Virus record (IMG/VR): IMGVR_UViG_3300025467_000013
Span: 11,638 to 75,637 of that record
DNA from: a virus
Strand: one strand, 5' to 3'
DNA length: 64,000 nucleotides
This document shows positions 50,032-60,300 of the stretch, piece after piece. The notes under the pieces were generated by a model. The model did no database searches and was not told the DNA's origin. It was given only the letters and a program-made list of their open reading frames with translations. Position 1 is the first letter of the stretch. Each line of letters begins with the position of its first letter. The position numbers and the translations under genes were made by a program.

Positions 50032-50056
50032 TTGTGGGGGACTAGTTCCCCCACAA
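50032..50056. terminator. Strong GC-rich hairpin after the giant gene (terminator or mRNA-stabilising stem)
   Basis: TTGTGGGGG...CCCCCACAA inverted repeat, without a clear U tract. Confidence 0.55.
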
Positions 50057-50078
50057 CACTAATTGAATAGGAGACACA

Positions 50079-50486
50079 ATGAGAAAACAACCTAGAATTA
50101 GTTCGGCATCGATTATACAGCTACCAGCAATTCAACAAGGATACTATTATTATCCACTAGCAGCGCCAGGTAACGGTACATATGCGACTATTCCTATTAA
50201 TACTGTAGGAACGTTAATCCAAATGGCTAACGCCCCAACTGCAAATACTTGGTACTTAGATTTTACTGGTGTAATTTTGTCAGTTAACTACACATTAACT
50301 ATTACTATTTTAATACCACAAGGTGCGTCAGCATATAACCCATCGGTATTAGTAAATGGTATCGCTCCTACATTAATCGGAGCAGGTAATGGTGGTGCAA
50401 CATCTAGAACTAATGCTTACTATTACACAATTATCTGTACTGCACCAAATCAGTATTCTTATACTGTGTGGGTAGCAGCAATTTAA
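50079..50486 (+). CDS. Small virion protein (paralog of 50499-51152)
   Basis: MRKQPRISSA..QLPAIQQ...LSVNY.L.IT.LIP.G..AYNP.VLVNGI...TIICTAPNQYSY. Confidence 0.7.
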   Translation: MRKQPRISSASIIQLPAIQQGYYYYPLAAPGNGTYATIPINTVGTLIQMANAPTANTWYLDFTGVILSVNYTLTITILIPQGASAYNPSVLVNGIAPTLIGAGNGGATSRTNAYYYTIICTAPNQYSYTVWVAAI

Positions 50487-50498
50487 TAGGCGATTATA

Positions 50499-51152
50499 AT
50501 GAGAAGATTACCTAGAATTAGTTCAGCACCAAACTTACAGTTACCAGCAATACAACAGGCTGTATTTACTGAAAATTTATCGATCGGTGGTAACTTTGTT
50601 ACTGTTCCAGTTAATAGTTTGGGCACATTTATTAATTTAGCCAGTTATTATGTAAGTTATACTGGCACAGTTGGTAGTATTAGTGGAACAGGTCCGTGGA
50701 CTGCAACAATTACTGGTATGACTTCAACTTCGGGTCTAGTAGCAAATCAGGTAATACTTGCTGTAGCAGGTTCTGGATCAATAGGTACTGGTACAATTAC
50801 CGTAACAAGTATAGTAAGTTCAACTTCTATTACAATTACAGCAACTGGCGGTACAACTCCGGTCGCAGGAACTGTAACGAACATAATAACCGCCGGAAGT
50901 GTTGTTAGTTCAGCTTGGACATTAGATCTTACTGGTATTTCACTATCAGTTAATTATGCATTACCGATAACTGTATTAATTCCAGTAGGTGGCACAGCAT
51001 ACAACCCGACCGTATTAGTTAACGGTATTACAGCAACACTTATCGGAGCCGGACCTTCACCGACTACTAGCAGAACAAATCAATATTTTTATACAATTGT
51101 TTGTACTGCACCAAATCAGTATTCGTACTTCGCATACGCAAACGCAGTTTAG
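50499..51152 (+). CDS. Small virion protein; paralog of the previous gene with a ~80-aa insertion
   Basis: Shares N- and C-termini with 50079-50486. Confidence 0.7.
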   Translation: MRRLPRISSAPNLQLPAIQQAVFTENLSIGGNFVTVPVNSLGTFINLASYYVSYTGTVGSISGTGPWTATITGMTSTSGLVANQVILAVAGSGSIGTGTITVTSIVSSTSITITATGGTTPVAGTVTNIITAGSVVSSAWTLDLTGISLSVNYALPITVLIPVGGTAYNPTVLVNGITATLIGAGPSPTTSRTNQYFYTIVCTAPNQYSYFAYANAV

Positions 51153-51155
51153 TAT

Positions 51156-51186
51156 TAAAGCGTATAGAGATATACGCTTTATTTTT
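51156..51186 (+). terminator. Intrinsic terminator
   Basis: TAAAGCGTATA-GAGA-TATACGCTTTA-TTTTT. Confidence 0.85.
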
Positions 51187-51220
51187 ATCCAAAACACCGT
51201 CTTTTTAAACTTCTTTTCTC

Positions 51221-51228
51221 GATAAATA
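51221..51228 (+). promoter_or_regulatory. Late promoter GATAAATA
   Basis: 17 nt upstream of the ATG at 51246, GAGG RBS. Confidence 0.6.
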
Positions 51229-51245
51229 TATTAGAGGAATGAATC

Positions 51246-52799
51246 ATGCTTAATATAACTAATTACATCACGCAGGGACAACGTAACACGATTAAACTGC
51301 AAAAAGATTTATCATTCAAAAACCCTTGGATTCAAGTTCACAACAATACAACTATAGACCAATGGCATGTAGGTGATTTTTCGAGCGCATCATATTTTGT
51401 TACTGTTGAGTACGATTCAAATTCAAAAGAAACTATGCAGATTTTGGTAGTTGCTAGACCTGGACAAGCAACGTTATCGATATTTGGTAGAACGACTATC
51501 CAAGATCCTCTAGTCACGTTAACTGCAACTGTAACAAACAGTATATTAACAATGGCTGCGACAGCAAACACAGGCTATACGGGTGCCAAATTAACCTATG
51601 TTGCTTCTTATATTGAGACAATTCAACCATTAACTACTCCAACCATTGTACCGTCAGTTCCTTCGGGTACAGCAGTTATTTCACCACTTGTACCAACCCC
51701 TACTTCATTTGGTATAGTTAATTCTGCAGGACAGCCGACTCTTACAGCAGGTGCAGCAGGCGATACGCTTACTTTTATTGCAGGTTCAGGAATCGGATTA
51801 ACAACTAATGCTAGTTCAAATTCTTTAACAATTAGTTCATCATTTCCGTTTTATAGTAATATACAAGTTACAGGGCAAACTACGTTAGTACCAACAAGTC
51901 CGACTAGCAATTTAACTTTTACACCGGCAAATGGTATTACTTTAACAACTAACGGAACAACAAATACTATTACTGTTGGAATCGGCACAGTACCGGGATT
52001 AACATCATCGAGTACTATTACTGCACCGCTTTTTTCAGGATCAGGAGCAAGTTTAACTTCATTAAATGCTTCTAATTTAGTAACTGGCACAGTATCTTCA
52101 AGTTTATTACCAATAGCAACTACAAATAACTTAGGTGCTATAAAGGTCGACGGTTCTAGTATCACTATCAATAATAGTGTTATTAGTGCAACACAATATA
52201 CATTACCGTCTGCAAGTACAAGTTCATTAGGCGGTGTAATTATTCCAACGGTTACTACAAGCGGTATTACTAATTCAAGTGGCACTATTGGATTAGCTAC
52301 TGCAAGCACAACACAATTAGGCGGTGTATTAGTTGACGGAACTAGTATTTCTATTAATAACGGAGTAATTAGCAACAACGGTACAGCATTGACATCAACT
52401 ACTGCAAATTCTACTTACTTCTTAGGACTACAACCTAATAGTTCCGGATATACAAATACTACAACTGTATCGCCATCGAACTTATACTTCAATCCTTACA
52501 TTGGTACATTGTATACAACATTATTCCAATCATTGTCCGACGAAACACAAAAAACTAATATCACTCCGATTGTCAATGCAACTGAAATAATTAAACAGTT
52601 GGGCGGATTTGAATTTAACTGGAAAGACAACGGAATTAAGTCTGCTGGTACAATTGCTCAAATAGTTGAAAAGATTTTACCGTGGTTAGTGAGTGAAAGT
52701 AACGGTCTTAAAAGCGTTAACTATGATGGTATAATTGGATACTTGATTGAATCAAACAAAGAATTAGCAGCAAGATTAGATGCATTAGAGAATAAGTAA
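51246..52799 (+). CDS. Tail fibre protein with C-terminal intramolecular chaperone (peptidase S74-like) domain
   Basis: C-terminal SDETQKTNI...FNWK...G.IAQ.VE.ILP.LV...SVNYDGII..LIE..KEL; LP.A....LGGV repeats. Confidence 0.8.
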   Translation: MLNITNYITQGQRNTIKLQKDLSFKNPWIQVHNNTTIDQWHVGDFSSASYFVTVEYDSNSKETMQILVVARPGQATLSIFGRTTIQDPLVTLTATVTNSILTMAATANTGYTGAKLTYVASYIETIQPLTTPTIVPSVPSGTAVISPLVPTPTSFGIVNSAGQPTLTAGAAGDTLTFIAGSGIGLTTNASSNSLTISSSFPFYSNIQVTGQTTLVPTSPTSNLTFTPANGITLTTNGTTNTITVGIGTVPGLTSSSTITAPLFSGSGASLTSLNASNLVTGTVSSSLLPIATTNNLGAIKVDGSSITINNSVISATQYTLPSASTSSLGGVIIPTVTTSGITNSSGTIGLATASTTQLGGVLVDGTSISINNGVISNNGTALTSTTANSTYFLGLQPNSSGYTNTTTVSPSNLYFNPYIGTLYTTLFQSLSDETQKTNITPIVNATEIIKQLGGFEFNWKDNGIKSAGTIAQIVEKILPWLVSESNGLKSVNYDGIIGYLIESNKELAARLDALENK

Positions 52800-54010
52800 T
52801 GGCAACTGGTAACCCTAGTAATTTTCAAAAGAGCGATTCGGCATTCGGTGCAATAGACCTCGATGACGAATACATCACTGATGCTTGGTTGGTAGATCAG
52901 TTTGTTGGGAATAGTTTGTTTGGATGGGGATATAATAATTTTGGTCAACTAGGTAATGGAACAAAAACTAATTATTCTTCGCCAATCCAAATAGGAACAT
53001 TAACCAATTGGAAACAGGTTGCATGTGGATATCTATACACAGTAGCAATTAAAACTGATGGTACTTTATGGACATGGGGATATAATAGGTATGGCCAATT
53101 AGGCAATGGAACAGGAGTATATTATTCCTCTCCAATTCAAGTAGGATCATTAACCAATTGGAAACAAGTTGCTGGTGGAAACTTTCATACAGCAGCAATT
53201 AAAACAGATGGTACTTTATGGACATGGGGAAATAATTCTGCTGGCCAATTAGGCAATGGAACAGGAGTATATTATTCCTCTCCAATTCAAGTAGGATCAT
53301 TAACCAATTGGAAACAAGTTGCTGGTGGAAACTCTCATACGGCAGCAATCAAAACAGATGGTACTTTATGGACTTGTGGATATAATCAATATGGACAGCT
53401 AGGTAATGGAACAAACACTAATTATTCTTCGCCAATCCAAGTAGGAGCATTAACTAATTGGAAACAAGTTGCTGGTGGAGACTCTCATACAGCAGCAATT
53501 AAAACTGATGGAACTTTATGGGCATGGGGATATAATAATTATGGACAATTAGGTAATGGAACAACAATATATTATTCATCACCAATTCAAGTAGGATCAT
53601 TAACGAATTGGAAACAAGTTGCTTGTGGATCGTACCACACCGCAGCTATTAAAACAGATGGTACTTTATGGACATGTGGTTATAATATTGATGATGGATA
53701 TGGTAATGGCGGACAATTAGGTAATGGAACAAACACTAATTATTCTTCGCCAATCCAAATAGGAGCATTAACTAATTGGAAACAAGTGGTGGGTGGATAT
53801 AGACATACAGCAGCAATTAAAACAGATGGTACTTTATGGACATGGGGAAGTAATTTGTACTTTTATTATGGACTAGGTGCTGGCCAATTAGGCAATGGAA
53901 CAACAACATCCTATTCTTCACCAATTCAAGTAGGAACATTAACCAATTGGAAACAAGTTGCTGGTGGGATCATCCATACAGCAGCAATCACATTCGCAGA
54001 TATAACATAA
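52799..54010 (+). CDS. RCC1/BLIP-II-like 7-bladed beta-propeller protein
   Basis: Seven ~50-aa repeats WGYNxxGQLGNGT..YSSPIQVG.LTNWKQVA.G..HTAAIKTDGTLW. Confidence 0.9.
   Translation: MATGNPSNFQKSDSAFGAIDLDDEYITDAWLVDQFVGNSLFGWGYNNFGQLGNGTKTNYSSPIQIGTLTNWKQVACGYLYTVAIKTDGTLWTWGYNRYGQLGNGTGVYYSSPIQVGSLTNWKQVAGGNFHTAAIKTDGTLWTWGNNSAGQLGNGTGVYYSSPIQVGSLTNWKQVAGGNSHTAAIKTDGTLWTCGYNQYGQLGNGTNTNYSSPIQVGALTNWKQVAGGDSHTAAIKTDGTLWAWGYNNYGQLGNGTTIYYSSPIQVGSLTNWKQVACGSYHTAAIKTDGTLWTCGYNIDDGYGNGGQLGNGTNTNYSSPIQIGALTNWKQVVGGYRHTAAIKTDGTLWTWGSNLYFYYGLGAGQLGNGTTTSYSSPIQVGTLTNWKQVAGGIIHTAAITFADIT
53092..53373 (+). repeat. Near-identical 150-bp tandem repeat units in the RCC1 gene
   Basis: 53092-53183 is identical to 53242-53333; near-identity continues to 53223/53373. 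Confidence 0.9.
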
Positions 54011-54019
54011 GGAAAAACA

Positions 54020-54706
54020 ATGGCACAGTATCTTTTAGTACAAAATAAACAAATAGTACACCTTGGACCATTTGATTGGAAACAACGTTATATCCAATCA
54101 GAATTTGACGACTTACACGACCAAGGAGAAATCTCATTCCAATACCAAGTACCTCCGATTGAACCAGGTTATGTTGATGTTGGGGAAGGATTTGAAATAT
54201 TCCCAATTGTTGGTACTGAAATGCCTGATATGGATCTAACATTTGAAGAACCAGTTGGACCATTTTACACATATGAAGATAATCAAGCATTTGCAACTTA
54301 TCATAAACAAGATAGATCATTAGGGCATATTCAAGGATCATTAATTGAAGTTGCGGTAAGATTAAGAAATACAAAAGAAAATGCAGGAACTACTGTAAAG
54401 GTTACTTCTGGAGAAATTAATGTACCGACAGATAAAGATTCGAGAATACATTTTTCGACGTTATTATCATCAATGGGTACAAACTCTATTAATTACAAAC
54501 TAGGATCAGATTTTGTTCCATTAACGTCGACTGATATGCAGACTATAGTGAATACTGTACACGATTATGTTCAAGCACAATTTGACTGGGAATTAACTAT
54601 TGCTACAGAAATCAATAATACTCCCGACATCGATAAATTAAAAGAAATTTATACTAGTCTAGTACCTGTTCTACAACCAAGAGTCGGAGTACCGAATGCC
54701 AGCTAA
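54020..54706 (+). CDS. Fibre-assembly/DUF4376-like accessory protein
   Basis: R..KE..G......TD..SR........NYK....F..L........V..YVQ..FDWE pattern; between RCC1 genes. Confidence 0.55.
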   Translation: MAQYLLVQNKQIVHLGPFDWKQRYIQSEFDDLHDQGEISFQYQVPPIEPGYVDVGEGFEIFPIVGTEMPDMDLTFEEPVGPFYTYEDNQAFATYHKQDRSLGHIQGSLIEVAVRLRNTKENAGTTVKVTSGEINVPTDKDSRIHFSTLLSSMGTNSINYKLGSDFVPLTSTDMQTIVNTVHDYVQAQFDWELTIATEINNTPDIDKLKEIYTSLVPVLQPRVGVPNAS

Positions 54707-57700
54707 TTTTGGACCATACCAGCCGTTTACAGGGTTTAGCATAGTAGATCCTAATACCAATGTTGCTCAAGATTTAGGGCAGAGGTATATTACTAAATCT
54801 TACTTACTAGATACATATCCTAACATAGCATCAGCAACTGGATCAAGAACAAGTCCGGGATTATGGGCTTGGGGAACTGACGGATATGGGGCGGGATCTT
54901 TAGGAAATGGGGTATTTAATGTTTATTATTCATCTCCGATACAGATAGGTTCGTTACCTAATTGGAAACAGGTCATTAACTGTGATTCTCATACTACGGC
55001 TGCGGTTAAAACCGACGGAACATTATGGACTTGGGGGTATAACGGTTACGGACAGTTAGGTAATGGCACAGTTACAATATATAATTCGCCAATACAGGTA
55101 GGAACAGGTACTAATTGGAAACAAGTTGCCGGCGGCCAGTATTACACAATGGCCATTAAAACCGACGGAACATTATGGGCGTGGGGTGTCAACGGTAATG
55201 GACAGTTAGGAAACGGAACAATCATGAATTATTCGTCACCTATACAAATTACATCAACCATTCCGTGGAAACAAGTAGTATGTGGTGCTAATTATACCGC
55301 AGCAGTTAAAACTGATGGGACACTATGGGCGTGGGGAAACAACTTCTCTGGACAATTAGGTAATAGTACTACAATTAATTATTCATCCCCTGTTCAAATA
55401 GGAGTAGGAACTAACTGGAAACAAATTGCATGTGGATACCATGTGTACAATACCGTTGCGATAAAACAAGATGGTACTATGTGGTCATGGGGGGATAATT
55501 CAAGCGGGCAACTAGGTATTAATATTCCGGCTGTTAGTTATTCGTCACCGGTGCAAGTAGGAACACAGACTACCTGGAAACAAGTCGATGTGGATACCGC
55601 TTTCATGGCTGTAAAAACTGACGGAACATTATGGGCTTGCGGAGCCAATGGTGGATGGTTTGGGGCTAAATTCAGTTCATTTGCATTTACGACTGTTCCT
55701 CAATCCCCTAATCCGTCTCAGTTTTGTGGGTATACTTCTGCAATTTGGTCAGTTGTAGACCCAGATACAACATTATTAACAATCAACGGAGGTACTAGCT
55801 ATAGTTCGGCAACGGCTGTGATTAGTAAAGATAACTCATTATGGACTTGCGGATACAATAATAATGGCCAACTAGGTAATAGCACACCTGGATTTAGTTA
55901 TTCATCTCCAGTACAAGTAGGAACTTTAACTAACTGGAAACAAGCATCGGCAGGAGCATTCCATACTGCATCGGTTAAATTAGACGGGTCATTGTGGATC
56001 TGGGGCGACAACTATTATGGCCAACTAGGCGGCGTTACAACCTACGGATTAATCACTGCATCTTCGCCAATTCAAGTAGGATCGTCAACAACTTGGAGTA
56101 CCGTTTCGTCGTCCGGCCTCGGAGCAAGTCATTCTGCAATCATAAAGCAAGATGGAACATTATGGACTTGGGGCTATAATTCCCAAGGTCAATTAGGTAA
56201 TAATACAACCATAAGTTATTCATCTCCGATACAAGTAGGATCAGGTACTAATTGGAACCAAGTTGCTTGCGCATACGGCCACACGGTGGCAATTAGAACC
56301 AATGGTACTTTATGGGCTTGGGGCAGTAATACCGTCGGACAATTAGGTAATAACACTAACAGCACCTGGTATTCGTCACCAATCCAGATAGGGGTAAGCA
56401 CTAACTGGAAACAAGTAGCATGTAGTAGCCTATCTGGTAATCGTAACCCATTTACCGCAGCAGTTAAAACCGATGGGACACTATGGGCATGGGGGAACAA
56501 TCTCACTGGACAATTAGGTAATAATACTACAATTAATTATTCATCCCCGGTTCAAATAGGATCATTAACTAATTGGAAACAAGTTGCTTGTGGATATGCA
56601 CATACAGCAGCTATTAAAACTGATGGTACTTTATGGACATGGGGAAGTAATAGTGGTCAATTAGGTAACGGAACAACTGTATCTTATTCCTCACCGATTC
56701 AAATAGGAACATTAACTAATTGGAAGCAAGTTTCTGGTGGAACCAATCATACAACAGCAATTAAAACCGATGGAACCTTGTGGTCATGGGGGGATAACGG
56801 TTACGGACAGTTAGGTAATGGAACGCTCATTAATTATTCCTCACCAATTCAGATTAGTTCTTTAACCCCGTGGGCACAAGTTATTGCAGGAGACTGTCGT
56901 ACTATAGCTATTCAAACCGACGGATCAGCATGGGCCTGGGGCGCTAACGACTATTTTAGCGGAAACCCACTCCAATCAGTGCCAATACAAATCGATGCGT
57001 CAACTAACTGGAGCCAGTTGTCTTTAGGTGTTGCTCATGCAATAGCTGTTAAGGCAGATAACTCTCTCTGGGCATGGGGAAATGACGTATATGGACAATT
57101 AGGTACATTAGTGTTAGGAAATCCTAGTCAAACCTCGTCCCCAATTCAAGTCGGTTCACTAGCAACATGGAAACAAGTGTGTTGCGGTAGAAGTGTTACC
57201 GCAGCTATTGGTATAAATGGATCGTTATGGATGTGGGGTGATAACTATTACGGGCAATTAGGAAATAACATCCAGAGAATTCGATATTCATCACCAATTC
57301 AAGTAGGATCGGGTACTAATTGGAAACAAGTTGCGTGTGGGTACGGTCATACAGTAGCCATTAAAACTGACGGTACATTATGGGCTTGGGGAGATAACTA
57401 TGCTGAAACAGGCGGAACCGGACAGTTAGGCAACGGAACAGCACTAAATTATTCATCTCCGGTACAAGTAGGATCGGGTACTAATTGGAAACAAGTATCT
57501 GCAGGATCGTGGCACACCGCAGCAGTTAAAACTGACGGAACGCTATGGACTTGGGGATATAATTCAAACGGGCAATTAGGAAATAATGATTTGTATAATA
57601 ATCCTCAGTCATCACCGGTGCAAGTAGGGACGGGCACTAATTGGAAACAAGTAGCAGCTTGTGGTTATCATACATTAGCAGTTAAAACCGATGGCACATT

Positions 57701-58163
57701 ATGGTCGTGGGGAGCAAACCACTACGGACAATTAGGAAACGGGACATTTATAGATTCCCCATCCCCTATACAAGTAGGATCATCCACTTACTGGACGCAA
57801 GTATTTGGCGGATTTGTTAATTCATTTGGATATACTATTAATAATGTTGTATGGGCATGGGGAAATAACAATGGCGGGCAGTTAGGAACACAAACATCAA
57901 CTCCGCAAGTTTACTCGTCACCGATACAAATAGGATCGCTAACTAATTGGAAGACTATTTCCATAAAAGGAGCAAATAGTGCAGCAGCAATTAAAACCGA
58001 CGGTACATTATGGACTTGGGGCAGTAATAACGTTGGACAATTGGGGTATAGTCCGGTAGGTATATATGTCTCATCTCCGACACAGGTAGGTACATTAACT
58101 ACATGGCGACAAATATCAAATGGACCTAACAATATTTTTGGTATTTCAGACGGATATATTTAA
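54696..58163 (+). CDS. Large RCC1-repeat protein (~21 repeats, about three propellers)
   Basis: Same repeat consensus as the flanking genes; one divergent repeat around 55620-55830. Confidence 0.9.
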   Translation: MPANFGPYQPFTGFSIVDPNTNVAQDLGQRYITKSYLLDTYPNIASATGSRTSPGLWAWGTDGYGAGSLGNGVFNVYYSSPIQIGSLPNWKQVINCDSHTTAAVKTDGTLWTWGYNGYGQLGNGTVTIYNSPIQVGTGTNWKQVAGGQYYTMAIKTDGTLWAWGVNGNGQLGNGTIMNYSSPIQITSTIPWKQVVCGANYTAAVKTDGTLWAWGNNFSGQLGNSTTINYSSPVQIGVGTNWKQIACGYHVYNTVAIKQDGTMWSWGDNSSGQLGINIPAVSYSSPVQVGTQTTWKQVDVDTAFMAVKTDGTLWACGANGGWFGAKFSSFAFTTVPQSPNPSQFCGYTSAIWSVVDPDTTLLTINGGTSYSSATAVISKDNSLWTCGYNNNGQLGNSTPGFSYSSPVQVGTLTNWKQASAGAFHTASVKLDGSLWIWGDNYYGQLGGVTTYGLITASSPIQVGSSTTWSTVSSSGLGASHSAIIKQDGTLWTWGYNSQGQLGNNTTISYSSPIQVGSGTNWNQVACAYGHTVAIRTNGTLWAWGSNTVGQLGNNTNSTWYSSPIQIGVSTNWKQVACSSLSGNRNPFTAAVKTDGTLWAWGNNLTGQLGNNTTINYSSPVQIGSLTNWKQVACGYAHTAAIKTDGTLWTWGSNSGQLGNGTTVSYSSPIQIGTLTNWKQVSGGTNHTTAIKTDGTLWSWGDNGYGQLGNGTLINYSSPIQISSLTPWAQVIAGDCRTIAIQTDGSAWAWGANDYFSGNPLQSVPIQIDASTNWSQLSLGVAHAIAVKADNSLWAWGNDVYGQLGTLVLGNPSQTSSPIQVGSLATWKQVCCGRSVTAAIGINGSLWMWGDNYYGQLGNNIQRIRYSSPIQVGSGTNWKQVACGYGHTVAIKTDGTLWAWGDNYAETGGTGQLGNGTALNYSSPVQVGSGTNWKQVSAGSWHTAAVKTDGTLWTWGYNSNGQLGNNDLYNNPQSSPVQVGTGTNWKQVAACGYHTLAVKTDGTLWSWGANHYGQLGNGTFIDSPSPIQVGSSTYWTQVFGGFVNSFGYTINNVVWAWGNNNGGQLGTQTSTPQVYSSPIQIGSLTNWKTISIKGANSAAAIKTDGTLWTWGSNNVGQLGYSPVGIYVSSPTQVGTLTTWRQISNGPNNIFGISDGYI

Positions 58164-58172
58164 GGAACAACA

Positions 58173-59372
58173 ATGGCAAATACTCCTTCAGGTTTTAAAT
58201 TTCCTATTTTAACTTCAAATCAAACATATTCAAATACCGTTGTTGATATGGCCGATATATTTGTTCGTAAGGAATTATTCTTAAACGCAGGGTTGTGGGC
58301 GTGGGGATATAATAATTTCGGTGAATTAGGTAACGGAACAGTAACATTATATTCCTCGCCGATTCAAGTAGGTATATTGACTAATTGGAAGCAAGTTAGT
58401 TGCGGACAACAACATACAGCAGCAGTTAAAACTAATGGTACCTTGTGGACATGGGGGTATAATTTTTACGGACAATTAGGTAATAACACCACCACTATTC
58501 ATTATTCTTCACCGATTCAAATAGGTTCGGGAACTAATTGGAAACAAGTTGCTTGTTGCGGAGGAGGCAACTATACAGCAGCTATTAAAACCGATGGTAC
58601 TTTATGGGCTTGGGGAGATAATAGATTCGGCCAATTAGGTAATAATGATCCTGCATTAGTTAATCAAAATTCGCCAGTTCAAGTAGGCACATTAACTAAT
58701 TGGAAACAAGTTGCTTGCGGTTATTATCACATAGAAGCTATTAAAACTGATGGTACTTTATGGGCTTGGGGATATAATGCCTATGGTCAATTAGGTAATG
58801 GAACGACTGGTATATTTTATTCCTCACCGATTCAAGTAGGTACGGATACTAACTGGAAACAAGTATCATGTGGTAATTATATGACTGCTGCAATTAAAAC
58901 TAATGGAACATTATGGACTTGGGGTGTTAATGGGTTCGGCCAATTAGGTAATAATGATCCTGCATTAGTCAATCAAAATTCGCCAGTTCAAGTAGGCACA
59001 TTAACTAATTGGAAACAAGTTGCTTGCGGACAACAGCATATAGCAGTAATCAAAACCGATAGTTCTTTATGGACGTGGGGATTTGGTAGTAATGGAGCAT
59101 TAGGTAATAGCACATCTGGAATTAATTATTCATCACCGATTCAAATTGGATCACTAACTAACTGGAAACAGGTCGCTTGTGGATATCAATATACAGCAGT
59201 AATACAATCTAATGGTACGGTATGGACTTGGGGTTGGAACAGTCTTGGTAATTTAGGTAATGGAACAATAGGTATACTTTATTCCTCGCCGATTCAAATT
59301 GGATCACTAACTAATTGGAAACAGGTCGCTTGTGGTAATTATTATGTATTAGCGATTCAGACAGATCAATAA
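58173..59372 (+). CDS. RCC1/BLIP-II-like 7-bladed beta-propeller protein
   Basis: Seven repeats; a 95-bp segment is duplicated at 58626-58720 and 58935-59029. Confidence 0.9.
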   Translation: MANTPSGFKFPILTSNQTYSNTVVDMADIFVRKELFLNAGLWAWGYNNFGELGNGTVTLYSSPIQVGILTNWKQVSCGQQHTAAVKTNGTLWTWGYNFYGQLGNNTTTIHYSSPIQIGSGTNWKQVACCGGGNYTAAIKTDGTLWAWGDNRFGQLGNNDPALVNQNSPVQVGTLTNWKQVACGYYHIEAIKTDGTLWAWGYNAYGQLGNGTTGIFYSSPIQVGTDTNWKQVSCGNYMTAAIKTNGTLWTWGVNGFGQLGNNDPALVNQNSPVQVGTLTNWKQVACGQQHIAVIKTDSSLWTWGFGSNGALGNSTSGINYSSPIQIGSLTNWKQVACGYQYTAVIQSNGTVWTWGWNSLGNLGNGTIGILYSSPIQIGSLTNWKQVACGNYYVLAIQTDQ

Positions 59373-59471
59373 CACACTTGCATAGCATAAACTAATACTA
59401 TCCTAATTCAACACCAGACTTACTATAATAAACTAACTCCTGCAATATATAAGTATTATTAGGAGTTTACC

Positions 59472-60245
59472 TTGAAAAAGTTTCATTTCATCTCAGGACT
59501 TCCTCGTTCTGGTACTACACTATTATCAACTATACTTAAACAAAATCCAAGATTCGAAGCAAGTATCTCTGGCCCATTAGCAAGATTTACAAGAGCAGTT
59601 ATTCAAGAATCATCGAGTCAAGGTGGATATCGGTTTGAATGTCCTCCGGAAAAACGTAAGAAATTAATTAACGGATTATTTGAAAATTATTATGATGATC
59701 CTACAAAAGATGTAGCATTTAATACTAATCGAGGATGGGGATTATTACTTCCGACTGTTAAAGATCTTTACCCCGATTCTAAATTAATTCTGTGTGTTAG
59801 GGATATCGGGTGGGTTTTAGACTCATTTGAAACACTACAACGAAAAAATCCTTATGGTTTTTCTTCTATCTTTTCCCCAGAAGAAAATGTTAATGTATAC
59901 ACCCGATGCGAAACACTAATGAATCCAGGGAGAACTATAGGATTTGCTTATAATGCGGTTAAACAAGCGATTACATCAGAATACAAAAGTTCTATTATGA
60001 TTGTAGAATATGATAAACTTGCTAAAAATCCAGAATTTATGATAAAAACTCTATACAACTTTATCGATGAACCATATTTTGACCATGATTTTAATAACGT
60101 CGAAGCAAGTTATGATGAATTTGATGAGGACGTACAATTACCAGGTTTACATACTACTAGGAAAAAGGTTCAATTTATAGAACGGGAAACTATTATTCCT
60201 CCTGATATTTGGAATATGGTTAAGGGCATGGAAGTTTGGAAATAA
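59472..60245 (+). CDS. Sulfotransferase (PAPS-dependent family)
   Basis: 5'-PSB loop SGLPRSGTTLL; 3'-PB motif VRD...VLDS; YD.L...PE; TTG start with AGGAG RBS; TATAAGTA late-like element at 59448-59455. Confidence 0.85.
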   Translation: MKKFHFISGLPRSGTTLLSTILKQNPRFEASISGPLARFTRAVIQESSSQGGYRFECPPEKRKKLINGLFENYYDDPTKDVAFNTNRGWGLLLPTVKDLYPDSKLILCVRDIGWVLDSFETLQRKNPYGFSSIFSPEENVNVYTRCETLMNPGRTIGFAYNAVKQAITSEYKSSIMIVEYDKLAKNPEFMIKTLYNFIDEPYFDHDFNNVEASYDEFDEDVQLPGLHTTRKKVQFIERETIIPPDIWNMVKGMEVWK

Positions 60246-60271
60246 TCAATATATTGCTAGTCTAGATAAAA

Positions 60272-60279
60272 CATAAATA
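60272..60279 (+). promoter_or_regulatory. Late promoter CATAAATA
   Basis: 21 nt upstream of the ATG at 60301. Confidence 0.55.
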
Positions 60280-60300
60280 TAGTATCATCTAGAGAAAACA

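Noticed and set aside
52799-59372. Diversity-generating retroelement or CRISPR array
   Set aside because: The repeats are in-frame protein repeats. Differences are not adenine-specific, no reverse transcriptase or non-coding template repeat lies in the window, and there is no repeat-spacer structure or cas gene.
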